Source: Escherichia coli
GTDB taxonomy: Bacteria; Pseudomonadota; Gammaproteobacteria; Enterobacterales; Enterobacteriaceae
NCBI RefSeq assembly: GCF_024223415.1
Contig: NZ_CP100500.1
DNA: 64,000 nt
Reading direction: 5' to 3' (one strand)
Under the pieces are notes generated by a model that did no database searches, was not told the origin of the DNA, and saw only the letters and a program-made list of their open reading frames with translations. Positions 10,181 through 20,672 of this stretch are shown here, piece after piece. The translations under genes were made by a program, and so were the position numbers. Each line of letters opens with the position of its first letter. Position 1 is the stretch's first letter.

Positions 10181-10358
10181 ATCGTATTCCCATTTGTAAT
10201 AGACAAAAAAAAGAGAAAAGTAAGCCGCCCTTTCAGGTGGATTACTTTTCTCAGGTCTCTAGTAATTGAAATAATAAATAACATGGAAAGCAGAGGTGTT
10301 GTGTGAGAGTAATCACGCTTCTGCTTTTTAAAACTATTTGATAATACGAATATCACAC

Positions 10359-10374
10359 TGTGATTACGATCACA
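10359..10374. promoter_or_regulatory. Predicted CRP-binding site (TGTGA-N6-TCACA, perfect half-sites) in yqcE-ygcW divergent intergenic region
   Basis: tgtgattacgatcaca read directly in sequence; embedded in longer palindrome atcacactgtgattacgatcacat. Confidence 0.6.
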
Positions 10375-10427
10375 TTAGCAGTTATGTCCTTATGCTAAAA
10401 ATTATCTCCAGTTACCAGAGATAATGA

Positions 10428-10474
10428 GAAAGGTAACTTCCCTCTCGCGGGGGAAGTTACCTTTCTTTTTTTTT
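10428..10474 (+). terminator. Strong intrinsic terminator/attenuator hairpin in the 5' leader of ygcW (15-bp perfect stem, 8-nt loop, 9-T run)
   Basis: gaaaggtaacttccc (10428-10442) pairs with gggaagttacctttc (10451-10465), followed by TTTTTTTTT 10466-10474; ends 24 nt before ygcW ATG. Confidence 0.75.
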
Positions 10475-10498
10475 GCCTTACGGAAATTGGAGCTAACT

Positions 10499-11284
10499 AT
10501 GTCAATCGAATCTCTCAATGCGTTCTCAATGGATTTTTTTTCCCTGAAAGGTAAAACCGCAATTGTTACCGGCGGGAATAGCGGTTTAGGCCAGGCATTT
10601 GCCATGGCGTTGGCCAAAGCAGGCGCAAATGTCTTTATTCCAAGTTTTGTCAAAGATAACGGCGAAACAAAGGAAATGATTGAAAATCAGGGTGTTGAGG
10701 TGGACTTCATGCAGGTGGATATCACCGCAGAAGGCGCGCCGCAGAAGATTATCGCTGCCTGCTGTGAGCGTTTCGGTACAGTTGATATTCTGGTTAACAA
10801 TGCCGGTATTTGTAAGCTGAATAAGGTGCTGGACTTCGGTCGTGCCGACTGGGACCCGATGATTGATGTGAACCTGACCGCCGCATTCGAGTTAAGCTAC
10901 GAAGCGGCAAAAATTATGATCCCGCAGAAAAGCGGTAAAATCATTAATATCTGTTCATTGTTCTCTTACTTAGGTGGACAATGGTCACCTGCATATTCTG
11001 CTACTAAACATGCTCTTGCCGGATTCACCAAAGCTTATTGTGATGAACTAGGTCAATATAATATTCAGGTAAATGGTATCGCCCCTGGCTATTATGCAAC
11101 AGATATTACGCTGGCGACACGCAGTAATCCAGAAACCAATCAGCGCGTTCTTGATCATATTCCGGCAAACCGTTGGGGCGATACTCAAGATTTAATGGGC
11201 GCAGCCGTATTCCTCGCAAGTCAGGCATCGAATTATGTCAACGGGCATTTATTAGTGGTCGATGGCGGTTATTTAGTGCGCTAA
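10499..11284 (+). CDS. ygcW: Short-chain dehydrogenase/reductase (SDR)
   Basis: ORF 10424-11284; preferred ATG 10499 (GGAG RBS 6 nt upstream), giving 261 aa; TGGNSGLG Rossmann motif and YxxxK. Confidence 0.9.
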   Translation: MSIESLNAFSMDFFSLKGKTAIVTGGNSGLGQAFAMALAKAGANVFIPSFVKDNGETKEMIENQGVEVDFMQVDITAEGAPQKIIAACCERFGTVDILVNNAGICKLNKVLDFGRADWDPMIDVNLTAAFELSYEAAKIMIPQKSGKIINICSLFSYLGGQWSPAYSATKHALAGFTKAYCDELGQYNIQVNGIAPGYYATDITLATRSNPETNQRVLDHIPANRWGDTQDLMGAAVFLASQASNYVNGHLLVVDGGYLVR

Positions 11285-11353
11285 CCCATAACGGTGGTTT
11301 CTGTTTTCTCTTATTAATGATTATTCCATTTTTATTATCAGGAAGGAATTACT

Positions 11354-12808
11354 ATGTCTTTATCTCGCGCAGCGATTGTCGACCAGCTAAAGGAAATTGT
11401 TGGTGCAGATCGCGTAATTACCGATGAAACAGTATTAAAGAAGAACAGTATTGACCGTTTTCGTAAATTTCCGGATATTCATGGTATTTATACTTTGCCG
11501 ATTCCGGCTGCGGTCGTAAAACTCGGTTCCACAGAACAAGTCTCCCGTGTGCTGAATTTTATGAATGCGCACAAAATTAACGGTGTGCCGCGTACCGGTG
11601 CTTCCGCCACCGAAGGTGGGCTGGAAACTGTTGTAGAAAACTCGGTGGTGCTCGACGGCTCCGCCATGAATCAAATCATTAATATTGATATTGAGAATAT
11701 GCAGGCGACGGCGCAATGTGGCGTTCCCCTGGAAGTGCTGGAAAACGCGTTGCGTGAAAAAGGTTACACCACGGGGCACTCTCCGCAGTCAAAGCCGCTG
11801 GCGCAGATGGGCGGCCTGGTAGCAACCCGCAGTATCGGGCAGTTCTCCACACTCTACGGTGCAATCGAAGATATGGTCGTTGGTCTGGAAGCAGTATTGG
11901 CTGATGGCACCGTCACACGCATTAAAAACGTGCCACGCCGCGCGGCTGGCCCGGACATTCGTCACATCATCATCGGCAACGAAGGTGCATTGTGCTATAT
12001 CACTGAAGTAACAGTGAAAATCTTTAAATTCACCCCGGAAAACAACCTCTTCTACGGCTATATCCTGGAAGACATGAAAACCGGCTTCAACATCCTGCGT
12101 GAAATCATGGTGGAAGGGTATCGTCCGTCGATCGCTCGTTTGTATGACGCTGAAGATGGCACCCAACACTTCACCCATTTTGCCGACGGAAAATGTGTGC
12201 TGATCTTTATGGCTGAAGGTAACCCTCGCATTGCGAAGGCGACGGGCGAAGGGATTGCGGAAATCGTTGCCCGCTACCCGCAATGCCAACGCGTGGACAG
12301 CAAGCTGATCGAAACCTGGTTTAACAACCTGAACTGGGGACCGGATAAAGTGGCTGCCGAACGTGTGCAGATCCTCAAAACCGGCAACATGGGCTTTACT
12401 ACCGAAGTGTCCGGCTGCTGGAGCTGCATCCACGAAATCTACGAAAGCGTTATTAACCGTATTCGTACCGAGTTCCCGCACGCCGACGACATCACTATGC
12501 TGGGCGGTCACTCCTCTCATAGCTATCAGAACGGCACCAACATGTACTTCGTCTACGACTACAACGTTGTCAACTGTAAGCCGGAAGAGGAAATCGACAA
12601 GTACCACAATCCGCTCAACAAAATCATCTGCGAAGAAACCATTCGCCTCGGCGGTTCGATGGTGCACCACCACGGTATCGGTAAACATCGCGTTCACTGG
12701 AGCAAACTGGAACACGGCAGCGCGTGGGCGTTGCTGGAAGGGCTGAAAAAGCAGTTCGATCCTAATGGCATTATGAATACGGGTACTATCTATCCGATTG
12801 AAAAATAA
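11354..12808 (+). CDS. ygcU: FAD-linked oxidoreductase (GlcD/alkyl-DHAP-synthase-like FAD-binding PCMH family)
   Basis: 484-aa ORF; FAD-binding domain-like N-terminal region; order matches K-12. Confidence 0.88.
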   Translation: MSLSRAAIVDQLKEIVGADRVITDETVLKKNSIDRFRKFPDIHGIYTLPIPAAVVKLGSTEQVSRVLNFMNAHKINGVPRTGASATEGGLETVVENSVVLDGSAMNQIINIDIENMQATAQCGVPLEVLENALREKGYTTGHSPQSKPLAQMGGLVATRSIGQFSTLYGAIEDMVVGLEAVLADGTVTRIKNVPRRAAGPDIRHIIIGNEGALCYITEVTVKIFKFTPENNLFYGYILEDMKTGFNILREIMVEGYRPSIARLYDAEDGTQHFTHFADGKCVLIFMAEGNPRIAKATGEGIAEIVARYPQCQRVDSKLIETWFNNLNWGPDKVAAERVQILKTGNMGFTTEVSGCWSCIHEIYESVINRIRTEFPHADDITMLGGHSSHSYQNGTNMYFVYDYNVVNCKPEEEIDKYHNPLNKIICEETIRLGGSMVHHHGIGKHRVHWSKLEHGSAWALLEGLKKQFDPNGIMNTGTIYPIEK

Positions 12809-12901
12809 TGTGTCAGGCAGCGTTCCGCGATGACGGGGCGTTGCCTTTTCGGCTTCTCAGGCGAGAAGCCGTTCTTATTACCGGACAATGAAGGGGTAAA
12901 G

Positions 12902-14239
12902 ATGAACACTTCACCGGTGCGAATGGATGATTTACCGCTTAACCGTTTTCACTGCCGCATTGCTGCGCTCACTTTCGGCGCACACCTGACCGACGGTTAT
13001 GTTCTCGGCGTCATTGGTTACGCCATTATTCAGCTTACGCCCGCCATGCAACTGACGCCGTTTATGGCGGGAATGATCGGCGGCTCGGCGCTCCTTGGTT
13101 TGTTTCTTGGCAGCCTGGTTCTTGGGTGGATCTCCGACCATATTGGTCGGCAAAAAATCTTCACCTTCAGCTTTTTGCTGATTACGCTCGCTTCGTTCTT
13201 GCAATTTTTTGCCACCACGCCAGAGCATCTTATTGGGCTGCGCATTTTGATCGGCATTGGTCTGGGAGGCGATTACTCAGTAGGTCACACCTTGCTGGCT
13301 GAATTTTCCCCGCGCCGCCATCGCGGTATTTTGCTGGGCGCATTCAGCGTGGTGTGGACCGTAGGCTATGTGTTGGCAAGTATTGCCGGACATCACTTTA
13401 TTAGCGAAAGCCCGGAGGCCTGGCGCTGGCTGCTGGCATCGGCAGCTCTGCCCGCGTTGTTGATTACGTTATTACGCTGGGGAACGCCAGAATCGCCACG
13501 CTGGCTACTGCGCCAGGGGCGTTTTGCAGAAGCTCACGCTATCGTGCATCGCTATTTTGGTCCCCATGTTTTACTGGGCGATGAAGTGGCAACGGCGACC
13601 CATAAACACATCAAAACCTTGTTCTCTTCGCGCTACTGGCGGCGCACGGCGTTTAACAGCGTCTTCTTTGTCTGCCTCGTAATCCCATGGTTTGTGATTT
13701 ATACCTGGCTGCCAACTATCGCCCAGACTATTGGACTGGAAGATGCGCTGACTGCCAGCCTGATGCTTAATGCGTTGTTAATTGTGGGCGCGCTGCTGGG
13801 ATTAGTTCTGACGCACCTGCTGGCACATCGCAAGTTTTTGCTGGGAAGTTTTTTGCTGCTGGCGGCAACGCTGGTAGTGATGGCCTGTTTGCCTTCCGGC
13901 AGTTCATTAACGCTACTGCTTTTTGTTCTCTTCAGCACCACCATTTCGGCAGTCAGTAATCTGGTGGGCATTTTGCCTGCGGAAAGTTTTCCTACTGACA
14001 TTCGCTCGCTGGGCGTCGGTTTTGCCACCGCCATGAGTCGGTTGGGGGCGGCGGTAAGTACTGGCCTGCTGCCGTGGGTGCTGGCGCAGTGGGGAATGCA
14101 AGTCACCTTATTGCTCCTGGCGGCAGTGTTGTTGGTTGGTTTTGTTGTGACCTGGCTATGGGCACCAGAAACCAAAGCCCTCCCGCTGGTGGCGGCGGGA
14201 AATGTAGGAGGTGCGAATGAACATTCTGTTAGCGTTTAA
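12902..14239 (+). CDS. ygcS: MFS-family transporter
   Basis: ORF 12830-14239; preferred ATG 12902 giving 445 aa; multiple hydrophobic segments and MFS-like GxxxDxxGRR-type motif (ISDHIGRQK). Confidence 0.85.
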   Translation: MNTSPVRMDDLPLNRFHCRIAALTFGAHLTDGYVLGVIGYAIIQLTPAMQLTPFMAGMIGGSALLGLFLGSLVLGWISDHIGRQKIFTFSFLLITLASFLQFFATTPEHLIGLRILIGIGLGGDYSVGHTLLAEFSPRRHRGILLGAFSVVWTVGYVLASIAGHHFISESPEAWRWLLASAALPALLITLLRWGTPESPRWLLRQGRFAEAHAIVHRYFGPHVLLGDEVATATHKHIKTLFSSRYWRRTAFNSVFFVCLVIPWFVIYTWLPTIAQTIGLEDALTASLMLNALLIVGALLGLVLTHLLAHRKFLLGSFLLLAATLVVMACLPSGSSLTLLLFVLFSTTISAVSNLVGILPAESFPTDIRSLGVGFATAMSRLGAAVSTGLLPWVLAQWGMQVTLLLLAAVLLVGFVVTWLWAPETKALPLVAAGNVGGANEHSVSV

Positions 14240-14996
14240 AGCCGAACCGGATGCCGGAATGCTGGCGGAAAAAGAGTGGCAGGCGGCGGCTCAGGGTAAT
14301 AGCGGACCGGATGTTTCGCTACTGCGAAGTTTACTCGGTGCTGATGAACAGGCTGCCGCCGCGCTGCTGTTGGCGCAGAGAAAAAACGGTACGCCGATGT
14401 CTTTAACCGCGTTGAGCATGGGGGATGAACGGGCGTTACACTGGCTGCGCTATCTCATGGCTCTTGGGTTTGAGGAAGCTGTATTGCTGGAGACGGCGGC
14501 AGATCTGCGCTTTGCGTCGGAATTTGTCGCTCGCCATATTGCCGAATGGCAGCGTCAGAATCCGCTGGATCTGATAATTACCGGCTGCCAAAGCAGCGAA
14601 GGGCAGAATGGGCAAACGCCATTTTTGCTGGCGGAAATGCTGGGCTGGCCCTGCTTCACCCAGGTGGAGCGTTTCACTCTCGACGCGCTGTTTATCACCC
14701 TCGAACAGCGTACTGAACATGGGCTGCGCTGTTGCCGGGTTCGCTTGCCTGCGGTGATTGCCGTGCGTCAGTGCGGTGAAGTGGCCTTGCCAGTACCGGG
14801 AATGCGCCAGCGAATGGCTGCGGGGAAAGCGGAAATTATCCGTAAAACTGTTGCTGCCGAATTGCCAGCGATGCAGTGTCTGCAACTGGCAAGAGCAGAG
14901 CAACGACGCGGAGCGACGCTGATTGATGGGCAAACGGTAGCAGAAAAAGCGCAAAAGCTATGGCAGAACTATTTACGCCAAAGGATGCAGCCATGA
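14217..14996 (+). CDS. ygcR: Electron-transfer flavoprotein beta-subunit-like protein
   Basis: ORF 14211-14996 (start ~14217); ETF-beta-like; overlaps ygcS end and ygcQ start. Confidence 0.8.
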   Translation: MNILLAFKAEPDAGMLAEKEWQAAAQGNSGPDVSLLRSLLGADEQAAAALLLAQRKNGTPMSLTALSMGDERALHWLRYLMALGFEEAVLLETAADLRFASEFVARHIAEWQRQNPLDLIITGCQSSEGQNGQTPFLLAEMLGWPCFTQVERFTLDALFITLEQRTEHGLRCCRVRLPAVIAVRQCGEVALPVPGMRQRMAAGKAEIIRKTVAAELPAMQCLQLARAEQRRGATLIDGQTVAEKAQKLWQNYLRQRMQP

Positions 14997-15853
14997 ATAT
15001 CGCAATTGTGACAATAAATCAGGAGAATGCCGCAATAGCAAGCTGGCTGGCGGCACAGGATTTCAGCGGTTGTACCCTGGCGCACTGGCAGATTGAACCT
15101 CAGCCTGTAGTGGCGGAACAGGTGCTGGATGCGTTGGTGGAACAGTGGCAGCGAACGCCTGCGGACGTTGTTCTCTTTCCGCCGGGAACGTTTGGCGATG
15201 AACTGTCGACCCGGCTGGCCTGGCGTTTACATGGTGCAAGCATCTGCCAGGTGACTTCGTTAGAGATTCCAATCGTAAGCGTGCGCAAATCCCACTGGGG
15301 AAATGCGCTAACGGCGACGCTGCAAACAGAAAAACGCCCGCTATGTCTTTCCCTGGCGCGCCAGGCGGGAGCAGATAAAAATGCCACGTTGCCCTCTGGT
15401 ATTCAGCAACTGAACATAGTCCCAGGTGCGCTTCCGGACTGGCTGGTTAGCATAGAGAACCTGAAAAATGTTAGCCGCGACCCATTAGCTGAGGCCAGAC
15501 GGGTGTTGGTGGTAGGGCAGGGCGGAGAGGCAGATAACCAGGAAATCGCTATGCTGGCAGAAAAGCTGGGAGCCGAAGTGGGCTACAGTCGGGCGCGAGT
15601 GATGAACGGTGGCGTTGATGCTGAAAAAGTGATTGGTATTTCCGGACATCTGCTGGCACCTGAGGTGTGTATTGTTGTTGGCGCTTCTGGCGCAGCAGCG
15701 TTAATGGCGGGCGTGCGCAATAGCAAGTTTGTGGTGGCGATTAATCATGACGCCAGCGCTGCGGTATTTTCACAGGCAGATGTTGGCGTGGTTGATGACT
15801 GGAAAGTGGTGCTGGAGGCACTGGTGACAAACATTCACGCAGATTGCCAATAA
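14993..15853 (+). CDS. ygcQ: Electron-transfer flavoprotein alpha-subunit-like protein
   Basis: ORF 14960-15853; preferred ATG 14993 giving 286 aa; ETF-alpha-like C-terminal FAD-binding region. Confidence 0.82.
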   Translation: MNIAIVTINQENAAIASWLAAQDFSGCTLAHWQIEPQPVVAEQVLDALVEQWQRTPADVVLFPPGTFGDELSTRLAWRLHGASICQVTSLEIPIVSVRKSHWGNALTATLQTEKRPLCLSLARQAGADKNATLPSGIQQLNIVPGALPDWLVSIENLKNVSRDPLAEARRVLVVGQGGEADNQEIAMLAEKLGAEVGYSRARVMNGGVDAEKVIGISGHLLAPEVCIVVGASGAAALMAGVRNSKFVVAINHDASAAVFSQADVGVVDDWKVVLEALVTNIHADCQ

Positions 15854-15874
15854 CGTGTTGCCGGATGATCCTGC

Positions 15875-15955
15875 CTACGGTTCTGGCCTGGGGACTTGTA
15901 GGCCTGATAAGACGCGTCAAGCGTCGCATCAGGTGCTGAATGTCGGATGTGGCGT
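15875..15955. repeat. REP/BIME-type extragenic palindromic element(s)
   Basis: gtaggcctgataagacgcgtcaagcgtcgcatcaggtg and adjacent gatgtggcgtgtagcctac; characteristic E. coli REP sequence; boundaries approximate. Confidence 0.8.
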
Positions 15956-15999
15956 GTAGCCTACAAATCACACAAATTCAATTCGTTACGAATATCCCG

Positions 16000-16575
16000 T
16001 CAAAGCAATTTTTTCGCTAATGTCCAGACCCCGGTATTCGTGGTGGAAAGCGCCACGACACCCGCGTTAATCGCATTACGCGCATCTTCTTCATCGCAAA
16101 CCAGCCCACCGGCAATCAGCGGTTGGCGGATTTTCTCCGTCACCCAGCCCAGTACTTTGGGCATGCAGCCTGGCAGGATCTCAATACAATCCGGATTCGA
16201 TTGCGCAACTTGCTTATCAATGTTGTGAAACGAAATCGAATCAACAATAAACAGGCGATGAATACAGAAAAAACCTTCCGCTCTTGCCGCTTTTAGCATC
16301 GATGCTTTGGTGCTGATAATGCCGTCCGCCTCGGTCACCAGTTTCAAAAACTGAATCACGACTTCTTTATTTGACGCGCCTTCCAGCAAATCAACATGAA
16401 TAAAAGCATATTTCCCGGCGTTCTTAATCTTTTTAACGATATTACTGATGGTGCAGATATTGCCGTACAACACGGAAATAAACTGGCATTCAGAGTCGAT
16501 TGCCAGTTGCAGGCTGGCATTATCTTTTACGGCAGCAATCACCGGATTCTGGCGGAGCAGGTGTAAGAGGGGCAT
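16000..16575 (-). CDS. ygcP: GlpP-like glycerol-3-phosphate-responsive antiterminator family protein
   Basis: 191-aa ORF; family assignment from K-12 synteny and recall. Confidence 0.8.
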   Translation of the reverse strand: MPLLHLLRQNPVIAAVKDNASLQLAIDSECQFISVLYGNICTISNIVKKIKNAGKYAFIHVDLLEGASNKEVVIQFLKLVTEADGIISTKASMLKAARAEGFFCIHRLFIVDSISFHNIDKQVAQSNPDCIEILPGCMPKVLGWVTEKIRQPLIAGGLVCDEEDARNAINAGVVALSTTNTGVWTLAKKLL

Positions 16576-16591
16576 AAATTATCCTTATTAT

Positions 16592-16852
16592 TTATCCAAA
16601 GCGGTAGGTGATGCCGAATCCGGAAGGTGGATAGCGCCACTGTTGTAGTGTTGATTCGTCGCACAGCAAACGGCAGGTGCCACACTCCAGGCAACTGCGA
16701 TAGTCAATACGTAAGTCACCTTCCGGTGTGAGCGAAAAAAGACCTGCCGGACAGGCGTTAATCAACCGTTCTGCCGTCTGGCGCTCAACGGAGTCAGCCG
16801 GAACAATGTGCGGCGCATCAGCAACGCGCCAGAGATTACGGGCTACAGACAT
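16592..16852 (-). CDS. ygcO: FixX-like ferredoxin-type protein
   Basis: ORF 16592-16888; preferred start 16852 giving 86 aa; Cys-rich (CLECGTCRLLCDES); overlaps ygcN stop. Confidence 0.8.
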   Translation of the reverse strand: MSVARNLWRVADAPHIVPADSVERQTAERLINACPAGLFSLTPEGDLRIDYRSCLECGTCRLLCDESTLQQWRYPPSGFGITYRFG

Positions 16853-18114
16853 CGCAGACTCCTGATAACATCGCCCGCCAGATGCCACAGGCCGTGACGA
16901 CGTAAATGACGCCAGAATAACTGGCGCAGCGGTGGAACAGGTTTATCACCCTGATCCCATAAATCGCGGGAAATATCCTGCATTAACGCAGGCCACGCCC
17001 GATACCAGCCAGGGCGTTGCAAAAGCGCCGGAACATGCTGATAACGTTGTAGAACATCCCACAGCAGGCTGCGCTCTACGTTGTGATGATAAAGCGGAAA
17101 CAGATTTTGCGGCTCGCGGTGCTGGCAGGCGCTTATCAGTGTTTGTGCCGCCGCCTGCGCGCCAGTTAGCGCCGTATCCATGCCGCGCACGGAAATTCCG
17201 GTATTGACGCAACTGCGCAACGCATCGCCTACCAGCAGCCAGCCGTTACCGGCGTATTGCACTGGCATACTGTGCAAGCCACCTTCTGGCACCAGATGCG
17301 CACCATACTCCAGTGATTCCGTGTTTTTGATAAGTGGGCGCACTGCCGGATGCGCTTTAAAGCGAGTCAGCAGCTCGCTTGCCGGAACACGACTTTGCGT
17401 AAGTGAAGAGAGCGGGCAAACAATCCCTAACGAGAGCGTTTGTTGATTAGTATAAAGAAATGCGCCGCCGGGAAAGTCATCACAGATTCCGCCGCTGAAC
17501 AGCAACGCTGCGCCTTCGTTATTCTCCAGATGAAAACGTTCTTCAATAGCGGATGTTTCCAGCGACAGCACTTCTTTGATCCCCAACGCCATCGCTTCGC
17601 CAGCAGGACGAGTCACTAATCCGTGACGCTCAGCCAGGACGCTGTTGGCACCTTCTGCCAGCACCACATAACGGGCGCGGAGAATATCGTCACCACAAAT
17701 GACACCACACACCCTGCCGTCTTCTTCATACAGAGCATCCACCGTCGCACCAGGGATGCACTCGACACCTTCTTTTTCGGCTTCGGCAACCAGCCACGGA
17801 TCGAACCGTGCACGTAATACACTCCAGGATTCACCGCCGGGCTGTAAGCTGGAAAACGTCGTTGCGCCATCCGGCGTTAACAGGGAAAGGCTTTCGTGAG
17901 TGATGAGTCGTTCAAGAGGCGCGGTCAGATGAAATTGCGGGAGGAGTTCCGCGAGTGCATGGGTATATAACCGCCCGCCGGAAAGATTTTTGCTGCCGGG
18001 GATTTCAGCGCGTTCCAGTAACAAAACGGATAAACCCGCTCGCGCGCAGCGTAACGCGCAAGCGGTGCCTGCAATACCGGCACCAATAATAATAATGTCG
18101 CAGTCGTCTTCCAT
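16843..18114 (-). CDS. ygcN: FixC-like FAD-dependent oxidoreductase (ETF-quinone oxidoreductase family)
   Basis: ORF 16843-18144; preferred ATG 18114 giving 423 aa; N-terminal dinucleotide-binding motif DIIIIGAGIAGTACA. Confidence 0.88.
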   Translation of the reverse strand: MEDDCDIIIIGAGIAGTACALRCARAGLSVLLLERAEIPGSKNLSGGRLYTHALAELLPQFHLTAPLERLITHESLSLLTPDGATTFSSLQPGGESWSVLRARFDPWLVAEAEKEGVECIPGATVDALYEEDGRVCGVICGDDILRARYVVLAEGANSVLAERHGLVTRPAGEAMALGIKEVLSLETSAIEERFHLENNEGAALLFSGGICDDFPGGAFLYTNQQTLSLGIVCPLSSLTQSRVPASELLTRFKAHPAVRPLIKNTESLEYGAHLVPEGGLHSMPVQYAGNGWLLVGDALRSCVNTGISVRGMDTALTGAQAAAQTLISACQHREPQNLFPLYHHNVERSLLWDVLQRYQHVPALLQRPGWYRAWPALMQDISRDLWDQGDKPVPPLRQLFWRHLRRHGLWHLAGDVIRSLRCL

Positions 18115-18191
18115 GTCATGCCCCAGATATCCTGAACACAACACCCTAACATAGCGTTACTTAAGGGAAATTGACCGCCGACACACTCTTA

Positions 18192-18557
18192 TCATTCGCC
18201 GCGATAGATACAACCAGCGGTGCAGGTTTCTTTTACCATCACCGCACTTAACAGCGGCACAACGGGTTTAACCTGATCCCAAATCCATTTTGCTAAAACT
18301 TCGCTGGTCGGGTTTTCCAGACCTGGAATATCATTGAGATAATGGTGATCGAGGCGGTCATAAGTTGGCTTAAACGCCGCTTTCAGTTCAGCGAAATCGA
18401 TAATCCAGCCCGTATGCGGATCGACTTCCCCGGTAATTTCCAGTCGCACCATAAAGGAATGCCCGTGCAGGCGACCACATTTATGCCCTTCCGGGACGTG
18501 TGGTAAGCGGTGAGCGGCTTCGAAGGTGAAATCTTTAAATAACGTGGTGGACATCAT
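18192..18557 (-). CDS. queD: 6-carboxy-5,6,7,8-tetrahydropterin synthase (queuosine biosynthesis)
   Basis: ORF 18192-18641; preferred start 18557 ([20 protein letters not shown]...) giving 121 aa; PTPS-family HxH motif. Confidence 0.9.
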   Translation of the reverse strand: MMSTTLFKDFTFEAAHRLPHVPEGHKCGRLHGHSFMVRLEITGEVDPHTGWIIDFAELKAAFKPTYDRLDHHYLNDIPGLENPTSEVLAKWIWDQVKPVVPLLSAVMVKETCTAGCIYRGE

Positions 18558-18872
18558 AATTTCTCTACAGGACGATAAAACCGCCGTAGAGTACCGGAAA
18601 GGCTGTTTTTTCGCATTATCTAAAACGACTTTGTTGCGCAAAATCGCTGATTTATCTTAATGATTGGCTAAATTCATTTGTTTTTCATTAGGTTGGTTAA
18701 TCTATTTTGTTGTTAAAGACTATTGCTAAAACAGGTTAGTCGATTTGGTTATTAGTTATCGCTATCCCGTCTTTAATCCACACCGTTCACCCCGTTAACC
18801 TTACCTTCTCTTCTGTTTTATGGGCGCTGACAGGGCGCAGAAACAGCTTTGCTTACTGGAACATAACGACGC

Positions 18873-20672
18873 ATGACGACACAGGTCCCACCTTCCGCGT
18901 TGCTTCCGTTGAACCCGGAGCAACTGGCACGCCTTCAGGCGGCCACGACCGATTTAACTCCCACCCAGCTTGCCTGGGTTTCTGGCTATTTCTGGGGCGT
19001 GCTCAATCAGCAGCCTGCTGCGCTTGCAGCAACGCCAGCGCCAGCCGCAGAAATGCCGGGTATAACTATTATCTCCGCCTCGCAAACCGGCAATGCGCGC
19101 CGGGTTGCTGAAGCATTACGCGATGATTTATTGACGGCAAAACTGAACGTTAAGCTGGTGAGCGCGGGCGACTATAAATTCAAACAAATCGCCAGCGAAA
19201 AACTGCTTATCGTGGTGACGTCAACGCAAGGGGAAGGGGAACCGCCGGAAGAAGCCGTCGCGCTGCATAAGTTCCTGTTCTCCAAAAAAGCGCCGAAGCT
19301 GGAAAATACCGCTTTTGCCGTGTTTAGCCTCGGCGATAGTTCTTATGAATTTTTCTGCCAGTCCGGGAAAGATTTCGACAGCAAGCTGGCGGAACTGGGC
19401 GGTGAACGCCTGCTCGACCGTGTCGACGCCGACGTTGAATACCAGGCTGCTGCCAGCGAGTGGCGCACCCGCGTGGTTGATGCGCTTAAATCGCGTGCGC
19501 CTGTCGCGGCACCTTCGCAATCCGTCGCTACTGGCGCGGTAAATGAAATCCACACCAGCCCGTACAGCAAAGACGCGCCGCTGGTGGCTAGCCTCTCTGT
19601 TAACCAGAAAATTACCGGGCGTAACTCTGAAAAAGACGTTCGCCATATCGAAATTGACTTAGGTGACTCGGGCCTGCGCTATCAGCCGGGCGACGCGCTG
19701 GGCGTGTGGTATCAGAACGATCCGGCACTGGTGAAAGAACTTGTCGAACTGCTGTGGCTGAAAGGCGATGAAACTGTCACCGTTGACGGCAAAACGCTGA
19801 CCCTGCGCGAAGCGCTACAGTGGCACTTCGAACTGACGGTTAACACCGCCAATATCGTTGAGAACTATGCCACGCTTACCCGCAGTGAAACGCTGCTGCC
19901 GCTGGTGGGCGATAAAGCGAAGTTGCAGCATTACGCCGCGACCACGCCGATTGTCGATATGGTGCGTTTCTCTCCGGCACAGCTTGATGCTGAAGCGCTG
20001 ATTAACCTGCTGCGCCCGCTGACGCCGCGTCTCTATTCCATCGCCTCCTCGCAGGCGGAAGTCGAGAACGAAGTACACGTCACCGTTGGTGTGGTGCGTT
20101 ACGACGTGGAAGGCCGCGCCCGTGCCGGTGGTGCCTCCAGCTTCCTCGCTGACCGCGTGGAAGAAGAGGGCGAAGTCCGCGTATTTATCGAACATAACGA
20201 TAACTTTCGCCTGCCCGCTAACCCGGAAACCCCGGTGATTATGATAGGCCCAGGCACCGGTATTGCGCCGTTCCGCGCCTTTATGCAGCAACGCGCCGCT
20301 GACGAAGCGCCAGGTAAAAACTGGCTGTTCTTTGGCAATCCGCATTTTACGGAAGACTTCCTGTATCAGGTGGAGTGGCAGCGCTACGTCAAAGAGGGGG
20401 TGCTGACGCGGATCGATCTCGCCTGGTCGCGCGATCAAAAAGAAAAAGTTTACGTACAAGACAAACTGCGCGAACAGGGCGCGGAGCTGTGGCGCTGGAT
20501 CAATGACGGTGCCCACATTTATGTCTGCGGCGACGCTAATCGCATGGCGAAAGACGTTGAGCAGGCACTTCTGGAAGTGATTGCCGAATTTGGTGGCATG
20601 GACACCGAAGCGGCGGATGAATTTTTAAGTGAGCTGCGCGTAGAGCGCCGTTATCAGCGAGATGTCTACTAA
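18873..20672 (+). CDS. cysJ: Sulfite reductase [NADPH] flavoprotein alpha subunit
   Basis: 599-aa ORF; flavodoxin + FAD/NADPH-binding domains; ends ...ERRYQRDVY. Confidence 0.97.
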   Translation: MTTQVPPSALLPLNPEQLARLQAATTDLTPTQLAWVSGYFWGVLNQQPAALAATPAPAAEMPGITIISASQTGNARRVAEALRDDLLTAKLNVKLVSAGDYKFKQIASEKLLIVVTSTQGEGEPPEEAVALHKFLFSKKAPKLENTAFAVFSLGDSSYEFFCQSGKDFDSKLAELGGERLLDRVDADVEYQAAASEWRTRVVDALKSRAPVAAPSQSVATGAVNEIHTSPYSKDAPLVASLSVNQKITGRNSEKDVRHIEIDLGDSGLRYQPGDALGVWYQNDPALVKELVELLWLKGDETVTVDGKTLTLREALQWHFELTVNTANIVENYATLTRSETLLPLVGDKAKLQHYAATTPIVDMVRFSPAQLDAEALINLLRPLTPRLYSIASSQAEVENEVHVTVGVVRYDVEGRARAGGASSFLADRVEEEGEVRVFIEHNDNFRLPANPETPVIMIGPGTGIAPFRAFMQQRAADEAPGKNWLFFGNPHFTEDFLYQVEWQRYVKEGVLTRIDLAWSRDQKEKVYVQDKLREQGAELWRWINDGAHIYVCGDANRMAKDVEQALLEVIAEFGGMDTEAADEFLSELRVERRYQRDVY

